A model generated the notes under the pieces. It ran no database searches, was not told where the DNA came from, and worked only from the letters and a program-made list of their open reading frames with translations. Made by a program: the position numbers and the translations under genes. Below are positions 12,480 to 24,650 of a DNA stretch of 64,000 nucleotides, piece after piece. How positions within the stretch are numbered: the first letter of the stretch is position 1; the number at the start of each line of letters is the position of its first letter. Origin of the DNA: Heptranchias perlo (Eukaryota); contig NC_090366.1 in assembly GCF_035084215.1 (NCBI RefSeq), forward strand, positions 3,472,001-3,536,000, in the 5' to 3' direction.

Positions 12480-12929
12480 TTAAATGACGCCACGCTGGAC
12501 TGACATTTGTAGGAGTTTAATTGTGTTTTCAGCCAGCAAGTGACACAAAGCAAGCAAAACCCAACAGATAAAAGGAAGTTTCAGAAACTTAGTGGCCGGT
12601 GTTTTTGAGGGAGTAACAACGTCTTCACGCCGCTAAGAGTGAAACATTCCTCCAGACTCTGTACGCAGTGACCAAGTGAATGGGATTTGGGAGAGTTTCT
12701 CACGTTGGCATTTCTGATCAAACCAAACTCATTTCATAGAATGAGTTTCTTATCTCACAGACAGAGTCCAGAAGATACTTTACCACCACCCCTTTGACAT
12801 TAGGTCTCATGGTTTACATTTTCAACAAGTTCACAGGGTTCAACAATATTTACAGGTGTCAGGACGCAGAGGGGATAATACATTGCAGATACTCAGAATT
12901 ATTTGCAATTTCCGAACTGCATCTTGGTG

Positions 12930-14240
12930 TCGATGTGGCTCAGTTGTCCCTCACCTTTGAGTCAGAAAGTTGTGCTTTGTTCTAACACTCGAATATATAA
13001 TCTAGGTTGAAACTTCAGTGCAGTACTAAGGGAGTGTTACCATGTCAGTGTAGGATTTAAAGCCCAACTTTCAGGATGATATTTTAATCCAATCCAAGGA
13101 CTGGTTCGTGAAAACAAGACCACCACGGTACTGGTATTCTGGTTAAAGGCAAAACAGATATATTCACCACATCACAATTAGTACGAAGAAAGTGATACTT
13201 AACAAAGAGAAATAGACACAGTCTGTTCCTTGAAACCTTGGAAGTATCCCTCCAAGTGACTGCGGCACGGTCTCTCTCTCTCTCTCTCTCTCTCCCTTGC
13301 TGTGTTCTGTTGACTGAAGAGTTCTCTTCTTCCTCGCCAGAATCTTGCGCGCCTTCCTCAGCCTTTGAGGTCTCTTCTTATACCCTTTTTCTGTCCATGT
13401 GGCAGTTCACTATCACATCCACATCATTAATCATGATTACCATTAATCATGTCTCTCACCCTTAAGAAGTTACATTCCCAGCAACTCCTTGTACCATCTG
13501 TGCCTTTTTGTTACAGACTTAACATACTTTATTTTAGAGTTTGCATTTCCAGGCTTCACAGGAACCGCTGTACAAACACATTTGTATTCACGAGCTTGCT
13601 GGGGCTCGAGATAGAGAGGCCTGAGCCTGGGTGATTCCTTGATTTATTTCACCTTCAGTTCCCTTATATACATGCCTTTTGGACATTATGTTATTAAGGT
13701 AAATCCTCCCTCAGCAGCTGTGATTTTCCCCAAGGTCTGTTAATTCCCACTTCAATACTGTCTTAGAGTTCTGTTAGTTTTAATTGCAAACTTGACTTTA
13801 ATAACAATGATACACCCTTCTCGGCCCACCAGCAATTTATTATTGAATACACGTTACATAGTTCATACTATATTAATACGCAGTACAATTTTCATTTATA
13901 GTTACATAGATTCATAATACATTTCATTCTACTTCTGCTATTGATTGTAATTATTCTATATTATATCAGTTATTGGGCTAATTCCTACATCAGTGGTTCA
14001 ATTTTTTGGATGTGACTTTAAACCAAGGCCCGGTTTGCTGCTGCTTGTGAAGGTAAACGATCTCATGGGACTATTGTAGGAACAGAAGAAAACACTTGCA
14101 GTGCCCATGCAAAAATGTTTCCCTCAATGGACACCATCTAAAACAGATTAATTCGCCATTTGTCTGAATTACTGTGGCTGCATTCTTCTGCACAGTGACG
14201 ACACTTCAAATTTATTCATTTCATGGCAATGCCTACGTCT
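12930..14240 (+). mobile_element. Degenerate SacSINE1-like DeuSINE split by a solo LTR
   Basis: Head gtggctcagttg..gagtcagaa..cagtgcagtact resumes at ~13990 (ggatgtgactttaaaccaaggccc); same family as 60571-61013. Confidence 0.65.
13049..13989 (-). mobile_element. Solo LTR (941 bp), 4-bp TSD TCAG
   Basis: TGTAGGA..TCCTACA terminal inverted repeat; TCAG at 13045-13048 and 13990-13993; minus-strand TATAAG near 13380. Confidence 0.8.
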
Positions 14241-14244
14241 TATC

Positions 14245-14895
14245 AATCATAGAATCATACAGCACACGAGGAGCCAATCAGTTCATTGTACCGGTGCCGG
14301 ACATTTGAAAGACCTACCCACATAGTTTCACATCCCCCTGCTCTTGCCCATCGCCCTGCAAATTTTCTCTTTTTCAAGTATTTAAAAAATTCCAATTTGA
14401 TATTTTCAATTGAATGTGCTTCTCCCATGCTTTCATGCAGTGCATTACAGATCATAACAACTCGCTGCTTTAAAAAAATCCCCTTAACTCCCTTTTAGTT
14501 CTTTTAACGAATTATCGTAATTCTGTGTCCTCTGGTTACCGACCACCCTACCAGTTGAAACAGTTTTTCCTTATTTACTCCATCAAACCCCTTCATAATT
14601 TCGAACACCTCTCTCAAATCTCACCTTAACTTTCCTGGCTTTATGGAGAACAATTCGAGCTTCTCTAGTCTCTCCGCATAACTGAAGACCCACATCCCTG
14701 CTATAATTCTGATACATCTCCTCTGCACCCTTTGCAAGGCGTTGACATCCTTCCTAAATTGTGGTGACAGAATTGGGCACAATACTCCAGCAGGGGCCTA
14801 ACCGGTAATTTCATTACTTTGATACTCTATGCCTCTATTTATTAAGCCCAGGATCCCGTATGTTTTTGACATCCTCATCAACTTATCCTGATATA
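14245..14895 (-). mobile_element. CR1 3' fragment (shared with ~42836-43530)
   Basis: atcatagaatcatacagcac tail; decayed ORF2 C-terminus. Confidence 0.8.
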
Positions 14896-15078
14896 CAATT
14901 GTAAGTTCTTTCATTCTTGCATGAACACATCAAAACGCTCAACTCATTGATCAGGGCCAATAGAAAACACCCAGAGATACGACAACGTAAATTGCTCTGG
15001 AAAGGACAGCACACTCCAATTTCGCTCAGTTCATATGCGCAGTAGCGCCATATCTAAGACAAATGCCTTTCGTTCCAG

Positions 15079-15246
15079 AGCGACATTCAGTATACCGACG
15101 CTGGTCTTGACGCTTTGATATCGACCAAACCAGCTCAGATGGAAAAGTTTCTGTACGCAACTATAGACATCTCTAACTTCCGCAAACAAGAAGGATATAT
15201 CCAAAATGAGGAGACCCGCGAATACGCAACAATAAAACATAATTAA
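15079..15246 (+). pseudogene. Copy 1 terminal exon (FLYATI, REYATI)
   Basis: ttccag acceptor; open to TAA; colinear with 43714-43881. Confidence 0.82.
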
Positions 15247-15401
15247 CAGGAGATACTCTGTCAGGCAGATGTTCTCGAGGCCGGCAATACCTTAACACAC
15301 CTGATGTTAAGGCCTGTAAAAATGGACATCTTTCAGAAACTATTTGGAAATGTGACCACTGCCCTTTGTTGGACTATTTTGATTCACAATCACGAGTTAG
15401 T

Positions 15402-16155
15402 TATAGAGTCATAGAGTCATAGAGTTATAAAGCACGGATAGAGGCCCTTCGGCCCATCGTGTCCACGCCGGCCATCAAGCCCTGTCTACTCTAATCCCAT
15501 ATTCCAGCATTTGGTCCGTAGCCTTGTATGCTATGGCATTTCAAGTGCTCATCCAAATGCTTCTTGAATGTTGTGAGGGTTCCTGCCTCCAAAACCCTTT
15601 CAGGCAGTGAGTTCCAGACACCAACCACCCTCTGGGTGAAAAAGTTCTTTCTCAAATCCCCTCTAAACCTCCCGCCTTTCACCTTGAATCTATGTCCCCT
15701 TGTTATAGAACCCTCAACGAAGGGAAAAAGCTCCTTAGTATCCATCCTATCTGTGCCCCTCATAATTTTGTACACCTCAATCATGTCCCCCCTCAGCCTC
15801 CTCTGCTCCAAGGAAAACAAACCCAATCTTCCCAGTCTCTCTTCATAGCTGAAGCGCTCCAGCCCTGGTAACATCCTGGTGAATCTCCTCTGCACCCTCT
15901 CCAAAGCGATCACATCCTTCCTGTAGTGTGGCGACCAGAACTGCACACAGTACTCCAGCTGTGGCCTAACCAGTGTTTTATACAGCTCGATCATAACCTC
16001 CTTGCTCTTACATTCTATGCCTCGGCTAATAAAGGCAAGTATCCCATATGCCTTCTTTACCACCTTATATTCCTGTTCCGCCGCCTTCAGGGATCTGTGA
16101 ACTTGCACACCAAGCTCCCTCTGACCCTTTGTCTTGCTCAGGGTCCTCCCATTCA
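15402..16155 (-). mobile_element. Young CR1 3' fragment in copy 1 3' UTR
   Basis: (ATAGAGTC)n tail; open frame RPQLEYCVQFWSP..FFTQRVVGVWNSLP; absent in unit 2. Confidence 0.92.
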
Positions 16156-16491
16156 TACAGTTGAAATACAATAAGTGTGATAAGTTCGTCAATGCAACTT
16201 TTCAACATTGTTTTCTCTATTCTGTGTGAAAAACTGTTTTCCAAACCAATTCCAATATCCTCATTGTCTGTTGATGTGCTGAAAAGAATTCGCCGACAGT
16301 ATGAAGCCTCACGGTCGTTGACTGGGTTGCAAAACAAATTGCAAAATCACACTGTAAAGTGGCTTTTTTACGCTGCCAGGCGTGAAAGCTTCAATTTAAT
16401 GTTGATGGCATAAACCTATTTACTCGATTAAGCTCCTTGCACCCTCTCATACATGTGCGTCATGCTCCAAAATTTAATCGCGCCTCTGAGA

Positions 16492-16735
16492 TTCATAGAA
16501 TCGTACACCACAGGAGGCGATTCGACCCAACGTGTCTGTGCTTGTTCTTTGAAAGTGCTATCCAATTAGTTCAACGCCCCTGCTCTTCCAGCATAACCCT
16601 GCAAATGTTTCCCTTTCAAGTACATATCCAATTCGCTTATCCAATTTACCATTGAATCTACTTCCACAACCGTTTCAGGCAATGCATCCCAAATCATAAC
16701 AACTTCAACGGTAAAAGTTAAATCTCATCGCCCTG
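16492..16735 (-). mobile_element. CR1 3' tail (paralog of 44712-45025)
   Basis: tcatagaatcgtacaccacaggaggc tail; homology of the two units ends here. Confidence 0.7.
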
Positions 16736-17390
16736 TGGTGGGAGCGGGGTAGGGGCGAGTCCTTGTGGGGCGAGTGGGGACGTTGTCTATTAGGGAGGTT
16801 GTTTCGCTGCTGATGGAAAGGCGTCTCCTTTGTGTGGGAAGGCAGGGTTCATGTGGCGGGAGGAGATGGTCTGTTTGGGGGGAGGCACGTTTCCATGTGG
16901 AAAGAAGGGGAGGGTCTATGTGTGTGTGGGGGAGGGGGCGAATGGCAGGGGTAGGTCTGAGGTGGTGGGGCGTTTCAATGTGATTGTAGGGTCGGGTCCG
17001 TGTGTTGGACAGGGAAGGATCTGTGTGAGAGAACGGGCGGCTCGTAGGGTTGGAATGGCGATTGCGTGTCGGGGGAATGAGGGCTTCTTGTGGGGGATGG
17101 GTGGCTCCGCGTTGAGGTGGTGGTGGTGGGAGTCGCGGGCACGTGTGGAGGGGTGGGAGTGATCTGATTGTGAGGGAGGTGTGGCTTGTCCGTGAAGATG
17201 GACTGGTCCTTGCGGGGCGACGTGGGTGTACGTGTGGAGGGACGCGAGTATCCGTGTGTTGGGGGAGGGAATTGGCCTTTCCCTGTGGGGGAGGGGCGGG
17301 TGTCTGTGTGTGGGGAGGGGTGCGGCTCAGTGAGGGGGAGGGCGGGTCCGTTTGTGGAACGGTAGATTAGTTGTGCGGGGGAGAGGTAAT
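16736..17390 (+). repeat. G-rich low-complexity tract
   Basis: Repeated tgtgtggggagggg-type G runs. Confidence 0.8.
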
Positions 17391-17629
17391 TTTCTGCGGG
17401 ATTTTGTTAAGTGGTCTTCAGGGAGTGACATCGCGCCCTCCCTTTCCAACGTATCCTTCCCCCAAAAGTTAGAGCCCTTCCACGGTCAGTTCGTGGAAGG
17501 GAAGCAAGCACGGCACATTGCTGCGCAGCCCTTATTGCAGATAGGGACATTGCTGTTCCGCAATGCAATGTGGGTACGTGGCACTTCCATTATTGTTAAT
17601 TTTTTGAAGCGCACTGGGCAGGAATTTCC

Positions 17630-18615
17630 AAGGCCCCTTGCCTGTGCTGTGAGCTCATCTCACCGACCATGGTACTGCGATCCACACAGAGCTGGGAGGC
17701 GTAGGCTCCCGTGCCACCCCTTTGCTGAGTTTATTGGACTGACATAATGTGATACTGAGCCCTTCACAGATGAGAGAGTAGGCATCCATCCACGGCCTCT
17801 GCTGTTACCTCACCTCACCCGGCGTTGCATTGAGCACCACACGGAACTGGGAGAATCCTGGTTCCATCCCCAGTCTGTGCTTAGTTCCTGCAACTGACCC
17901 GGTGTTGCAAAGTACATCGCACAGAGAAGGAATTGCCCAGGCTCCATCTCTGGCCTGTGCTGTTTGCCCGCCTCACCCGGCATGGTCTGAAACACCACGC
18001 AGAGCTGGAAGGCAATAGGTTCCAATCCTGTCCTATGTTGTGTTAGTTGACCCAGTCAGTGCGGCAGTGCGCAGCACACAGAACAGAAAGGGCTTCGGTT
18101 CCAGCCCGGCCTATACTGAGTTAGCTGATCTCACTCACTATGGAACTGAGCTGCACACAGAGCGCAAGGGTCCGAGCTCCATCCCCTGCCTGATCTCTCA
18201 CGTGATCTCACTCCGTGTGTTACTGAGCCCCAAAGAGAGCAGGAAGGAATCAGGCTGCATTAACGTTGGCAGATCTCAGCCTTCTTGTTCTGAGCCGCAC
18301 ACACAGAGATGGATGGGCCCAGGCTCCATTCTTGGCCTGTGCTCACTTGGCTGATCACAGCGACTGTGCTACTGAGGCCCACACAGAGTAGAAAGGGCCT
18401 TGGTTCCATCCTCAGCCTGTGCTAAGGAATCTGATCTCAACCGGTGAGGTATTGATCTCCAAACACAGAGCAAGAAGGGCCCAGGCTTCCATCCAGACCT
18501 GTCCTGAGGGAACTGATCTCACCCATTATGGCAGTGAGCTCCACATGGAGCTGAAAATGCTCAGGTGTCATCCCGGCCCAATGCTCAGGTAGCTGATCTT
18601 ACCCGGTGTTGTATA
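17630..18615 (+). repeat. Degenerate ~78-bp minisatellite, about 12 units, SINE-head derived
   Basis: Recurring gtgctgagttagctgatctcacc..ggtactgag..cacacagag..gaagggccc..ggttccatccc. Confidence 0.8.
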
Positions 18616-18889
18616 CACCGAGTGTTTCGCTCTCTCATTCTCTCTGTCTACCCTGTGTCTTTTGGACTATTACCTATTTTATACGCACTCTCTGTATACT
18701 CTGTATCTTTTGTGTTTTTCCTGCAAGTTCAGGTTTTCATTCAGTATCTAATTGATGGCAAGTTTTGGTTATATTTTATGCCCTGTACCCTCTGGGTAAG
18801 TTCTGGAACTTTTAACTTCCCGTTAGACTCTGCATCTGTTGCCCTTTTCCTATCATTCCAGATTTATCTTCATATGTTTTGTTACTTTA

Positions 18890-19687
18890 TCTCGAACTTT
18901 ATCCCTCTCTGTCACACCACCTCCATTTCTATCTCCCTCTCTGGTACGCTCTCTATCTACAGCTCCATCTCTCTCCATCTATCCCTCATTCCCTCTCTGT
19001 TAGTCTCTCTCCACCTCTATCTCCCTGTCTGTTGCTCTCTCTTTATCGATGTCTCCCTCTCTCTGTTACTTTCTCCCCATCTGTATAAGCTCTCTCTCTG
19101 TTAATCTAGCCCCATCTCTATCTCCCTCTATCGGTTAGTTTCTCCCCATCTGTTTCCCCCTCTCTCTGTTAATCTGTCTCAATCTCTTTCTCCCCCTCTC
19201 TCTGTTACGCTCTCTCCATCTCTTTCTATCCTTGTCTCTCTGTTACCCTCTCCATCTCTATATTATCGTCTGTTACTTGCTCTCCTTCTCCTTGCCTCCC
19301 CCTCTCTACAAACCTATCTCTCCCTTTCGCTCAATTACTCTCTCTCCACATCTTTATCTCTATCACTCGCTGCCTCTCCATTACTCTGTCCAACTCTATC
19401 TCTCCCTTTCCGGTCATTATTCTTCCTCTCTCTTTTTCTCTCCCACTCTCTGTTACTCTTATCACCACTACCATCTCTCTTTCTTGCTGATGCTCTCTCT
19501 CCACCTATCTCTTCCTCTGTGCTGATCTCCGTCCATTTCTACCAATCCCTCCCTCTCTGTTACTCTCGCTCCATCTATCCCTCCCACTGTATTCGCTACT
19601 TTCTCCGTCTCTATCTCCTACCCCCTCTGTTACTCTTATCTCCATCTCTATTTCCCTCTTTCTCCCTGTTACTCTCTCTCCGTCTAT

Positions 19688-19722
<35 letters not shown>

Positions 19723-20475
19723 ACTTTTATCTCCATCTATATCTCCTCCTCTTTCTGTTAATTTGTATTCATCCCTTTCTCTCACTTCCTCTCTGTTACT
19801 CTCTCCATCTGTACATTTTCATCTGTTACTTGCTCTCCTTTTCCATGTCTCCACCTCTCCATCTCTGTATCTAACACTCCCTCTCTCTCCATTAATCTGT
19901 TCAACTCTATCTCTAACTCTTCCGCTCTATTTAAATCCCCCTCTCTCTGTTACCCTCTGTCCATCTCTATCAATCACTGACTCTCTGTTATTCTCTCTCT
20001 ATCTTTATCGTCCTCCGTTATTCTCTCGCCATCTATCTCCCTCTGTTACTCCCTCTCCATCTATCCCCCTCTCTGTTATGCACCCTCCATTTCCATCTCT
20101 CACCCACTCTCTATTATTCTCTCCCTCTTTATCTTCCCCTCTGTTATTTTCTCTCTCTATCTTAACCTACATTTGTTACTTGCTCCAACTATCGCTCCAT
20201 TTCTCACTTTCCCGCTTACTCCACATCTCCCTTCCTCACTCTATATTGCTCTCACCATCTCAACATTACTCTCACTCTTAATCTCTCTCCATTTTATATC
20301 CCTCTGTCTATTTTACTGTCAATCCATCTCTATTTCTCTCTCTCCACCTCTATCTCCGTCTCTCACTTGCTCTTTTTCTGTTTCAATCACCGTCTCTGTT
20401 GCTTTCTCTGTATCTATACCTCCCTCTTTTTCTGTTACTCTCTTCCGACCTCCATCACCGCCTTACTCTGTTGCT
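18890..20475 (+). repeat. Polypyrimidine low-complexity tract
   Basis: Degenerate ctctctgttactctctccatctctatctc repeats over ~1.6 kb. Confidence 0.9.
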
Positions 20476-23109
20476 TGGTATTAGTTGCTGGAGGAATGTC
20501 GACCAAAGTACAGGGAGCATTCCACCATAGTGCTCTGCGAACATATAAGCGCAACTGGCCGAGATCAACGACCTCAGTACAAGGTGGAATTAAACCATGA
20601 CCTTTCCCGCTCTGACGAGCTCACGAACAATGCTTTAATAAACTTTGATTGTGTCTTTAATCATTGAAATGTATCTACTTGAATTGAAAATAAGATGAAT
20701 GCAAAAATCTGTTCCAATTTGAACAAGTCACTAAATAACATCAGTAATTGTGTTCCCTAATTATCTCACTTGAACTTCCTTCAAGTGTATGTTAGGGATC
20801 CTTTGATTGTTGCACCAAACAAGGGGATAAGTTTTGGCGATAGTGTGAAACGAAACTTATCGGATCCGCTGCCCGTCATAAACCTTTCCCAATTTTTCTT
20901 TCCATTAACTTCATATCGTTAGTTGCCTCCAGTCACTTGAACAAACAGATTGAGATACTAGTTTATGGTGGGGTGCTTTTCTTCACAATGGAATAAAAAA
21001 ATTATATCACATGTTAGGGAATTCCGAGAATCGTTTCCTCGTTTATCCTGGTTTCTTCATCTCACCCAGGGTGGATGGGGGGTTATTATTATTGCCCAGT
21101 TTTCTCACAAAAGAGGGGCAAAAATTCAGCCAGATTTCTTATTCTTGATTTGTATTCATTGCGATCTGCAGCAAATTGCGTGCCTGCGTGTATTTGTTTG
21201 TATATGTTGTTTGGCAGCACAGACCTCTCAGTGAAACGTGCCTCCAAATCGGCACACTTTGTGTTGGTTGGAACTTGAATATTGGCTATTTGAGCTATAC
21301 ATAGTGGACAATCGGTGGCTATGGAATCATTGTCCAACAATAATTAATGCTTTAATCATCGCATAGAAGGGAACAGCATTGGATATAAAGCTGCACTTTG
21401 ACATGATACCATGGAAGGCACCATCTAATTTCTTCATCAAACCCTCGAAGTTAATTCATTAGGACGGTTTGTGTATACATCTTTTCAAATACCAGACATC
21501 GTCTTGTAGATATAATAATATTTTAGCTCATTTGCAAAGGCTATATGTGTGATTGTTCATGTGGCGCCTTGCATTTCAATGTATATGGACTTAAATAAAA
21601 AGGCAAAGGTGAAGGTCGATTTCAGAAAACAGCCAGGCAGAATTAATTATTGGCTTATTCATAGGTTTGAAGGCTGAAGAGCATACATTTCCAAGTCGTC
21701 TTTATTATAATACATCCATGCTGTTAAAGCATGTACATTTCCTAATAAAATTACTGAAAAATGTATTATTATACAGATTACAGTTGGCTGTCACTGAGTT
21801 CACACTATCCTTCGCCCCAACACACCTGAGTTAAATAGTGTTAGTTGTGACTTGGTATAATTCGAGGCTAAGGTTGTCTCCAAGGTGCATGTGTGGTGGG
21901 GGTGGGGGTAGGGGTGGGGGTGGGGATGGTGTTGCTGTTGTACACATGATATAAACCGGCACAGACTCAATGGGCCAAATGACCGGGTATTTCTGCTTCA
22001 AAGTTCTGTGATAAGAAAATTAACTTGCTTGATTATATAAGACAACTGGATGAAGTCTGAACATTTTCTAACATCACCTCTGCTTTAATTACAGATTCAG
22101 GTACCAAAAGATGGATTGAATTAAATCTGCACCACACTGCTCACTGTCGGCGACCAGTATAGTTTATATGGCAGTGGATGTCGACCAGAAAATGTCTCGA
22201 TTATATCACAATTGACTGAAATACCTGCAAACAGGTGGGGTGAGTGCGGCTGTCAGTACATACAACCCCAGTATCGTCGCAACACGAATGTTGCAATCAC
22301 AAGCAACAATGTCCTTCTGATAGCAGAGTGACAGGAGTGAGACGACGTTCCTCTGCTTGATAACTGTAATGATCTATTTTATGAGGCATGAACGCTTTTC
22401 GTTTGTGTTGCAAGATCGGATATCCAATTGCGATGTGATCACATCATAAACAGAAATCGATTCGGCCTGAGCACGTTGAGCAATGTATTTTAATTATACA
22501 CATGGCATAGGAGAACTGTACCCATTAGATACTGCTTTTTGCATGGGTTTCTATGTTTGCCTTATCGGGATAGTGACTACTCAACTTTTTGTTTGTGTAA
22601 TCAGCGAATTCGGACACCAGAAATAAAGACGCTCACATAGAAGATTAACTCAACAGAATTCAATTGCAGTACTGTAAAGATCAAGTGTGCATTGCCTGAC
22701 TTAGAGAATACATGTGTTGTGGTGGAGCTCCTCTTACCCAAAGACTGTTCTAAATACAAAGGCAGGGTCACTTATTTCCAGAGCTAACTTTTGTTCATGA
22801 ATGGTTGTCTCTGCTCAGGGACACCCTGGAGCCATTCTCGCATCCCTTTGATATGTCAAGTCAGTTTTGAGCATGACTGACCATGAAAAGGACCCATTCT
22901 TCAGTACATTTTCATCATGCATTTCACATTCTGAAGTGCAGAACGTAGATTAATATTATTTTGCTCATCATCGAGAATTGGTGAGCACAATGAGAGTGGG
23001 AGATGTCGAAACGGATCCACCAGATTAATAGGTTGCACGTAGTTGATCATTTCAAATCACAACATATCACACCACATTATATTATCACATCACACATCAC
23101 ATCACATTG

Positions 23110-23670
23110 AATCATCGAATGATAGAATCATATAATCTTACAGCGCATTAGGAGCCCATTCGACCCACAGTGCCTGTGACGAATCTTTGAAAGAGCTATC
23201 CAGTTAGTCCCATTCCCCTGCTATTTCCCCATAGTCATGCAATTTTCTCCCCTTCAATTATTTATTCAATTTCCTTTTGAAAGTTACGATTCAAGTACAT
23301 TGCAGATTATAATAACCCGCTGCATTAAAATACATTCTCATCATCTCACTTCTGGCTCTTTTGCCAATTGCGTTACTTCTGTGTTCTCTGATTTCGGACT
23401 CTACTGCCAGTAGAAAGAGTTTCTCCTTATTTACTCGAGGAGAACCCCCTCATAATTTTGAACAACACTATTAAAACTCCCCTTAACCACTTTTGCTCTA
23501 AGGAGAACAAGTCCAGCTTCTCTAGTCTACCTACATAACCGAAGTCACTTACCCGTGATACCACTCTTGTGAATCTCCGCTGCACCCTCTTCAAGGGCTT
23601 GAAACCCATAAGAAACTGTGTCGCCCAGATTTGGACACAATACTCCAGCTGAGGCCAGGCCATTGATTTA
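23110..23670 (-). mobile_element. CR1 3' fragment inserted in a (CACAT)n tract
   Basis: PQLEYCVQIW..LKRVQRRFTR; CACAT repeats on both sides. Confidence 0.82.
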
Positions 23671-23699
23671 TCACGTCACATCACATTTAGTTAAATAGC

Positions 23700-24650
23700 T
23701 ATCTCGCGCTCCTTGTCAGCTCCCTAACTGTTGAAATTGAATGGAAAGTAAAAACCAAATAAACTCATAATGCCCAGAAACACCTACAAATGAGCAGACT
23801 GAAGGGTTTGCAGAGCAGATTGCAACAGCTGTTGCGATGATTTAATCGGAATACGGAATGCAGCACCAACAGGGCAGTAAATAGCATCAACCTGACAAGT
23901 TGTTGGTGCACGAATTTTCCGTGAAAAAGAGCCTTGCCTGTTGGTGCTGGTGACAACGGCTTCAACACTAAAACAGAGCATATTGAAGCTTCGAGTGATG
24001 CAGAGAGGTAACCATGTTAGCGATGTGAGTTACAGTCGTTTGTTAATGGAAATTAAAGGACTTGTGTTGCATGCGTGCTTTGGCAGGTCAGTTATCTCAG
24101 TGTGGCAGTTGGACGGTACAATGGAACGCAAGAAAAAGTTATTAGAATTACTTACTTCCTCACAGCAAATTTTGCAAAATCGTGGCTATTCTTACAAAGG
24201 TGAATGTTTGGGTCCAGTCGCTGCTATCGCTCGGGAGCCTTGAGTACAGATGTTAGATTATGAGAAATATTACCGGAGAAGAGAGAGGCTTTGAGGTCGA
24301 GAGAGAAGAACGGCTTTGCAATTAAAGAGATCAACTATACCATTCATATTATCCAATGAACTGAACCTCCTGCAGTTAGATTAAGAGAAAGAATTCCTGA
24401 TTTTTAGAGGCCATGAAAAAAAACACTTCACAAATAATGTCCAACCCCCTTGAAAAGCCAGGCTGAGCGATGACTGGAAAGCTCCAGCCTGGAGGCGGTC
24501 AACACGCAAAATACAACGAGTTAGGTAAGAAAAAGGTGGAGTTCAACTGCCCAATGACCCTGGCGACTTTGTTTAGAAAGATGGGGACCTCTTATCCCCA
24601 ATTTGAAGAAATAGCGACAGATTACTTGTGTGTGATATCATTGCGACCTA
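23700..24650 (+). mobile_element. Decayed hAT-superfamily transposase
   Basis: With frameshifts and stops, hAT motifs appear in order: SLTVEIEW (TxDxW), LQSRL, TGQ*IAST, GDNGFN (TDNxxN), HACFG (CxxH region), YPQFEEIATDYLCV (C-terminal dimerisation motif YPxLxxxAxxYL). Confidence 0.6.

Larger units (their letters stand above)
5797..15246 (+). pseudogene. Siglec-like pseudogene (copy 1)
   Basis: Exons 5797-5839, 6437-6817, 8237-8548, 9173-9430, 10050-10343, 10747-10846, 12392-12479, 15079-15246 are colinear with copy 2. In-frame TAG at 6613-6615 and TAA at 10052-10054; donors mutated to TTGAGT (6818) and TTAAAT (12480). Confidence 0.88.

Noticed and set aside
16765-17747. Gly/Arg/Trp-rich ORFs
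   Set aside because: Artefacts of the G-rich tract; no domain signature or splice support.
18565-20484. Long Leu/Ser/Pro-rich ORFs (up to 179 aa)
   Set aside because: Artefacts of the CT-rich low-complexity tract, which is poor in stop codons.
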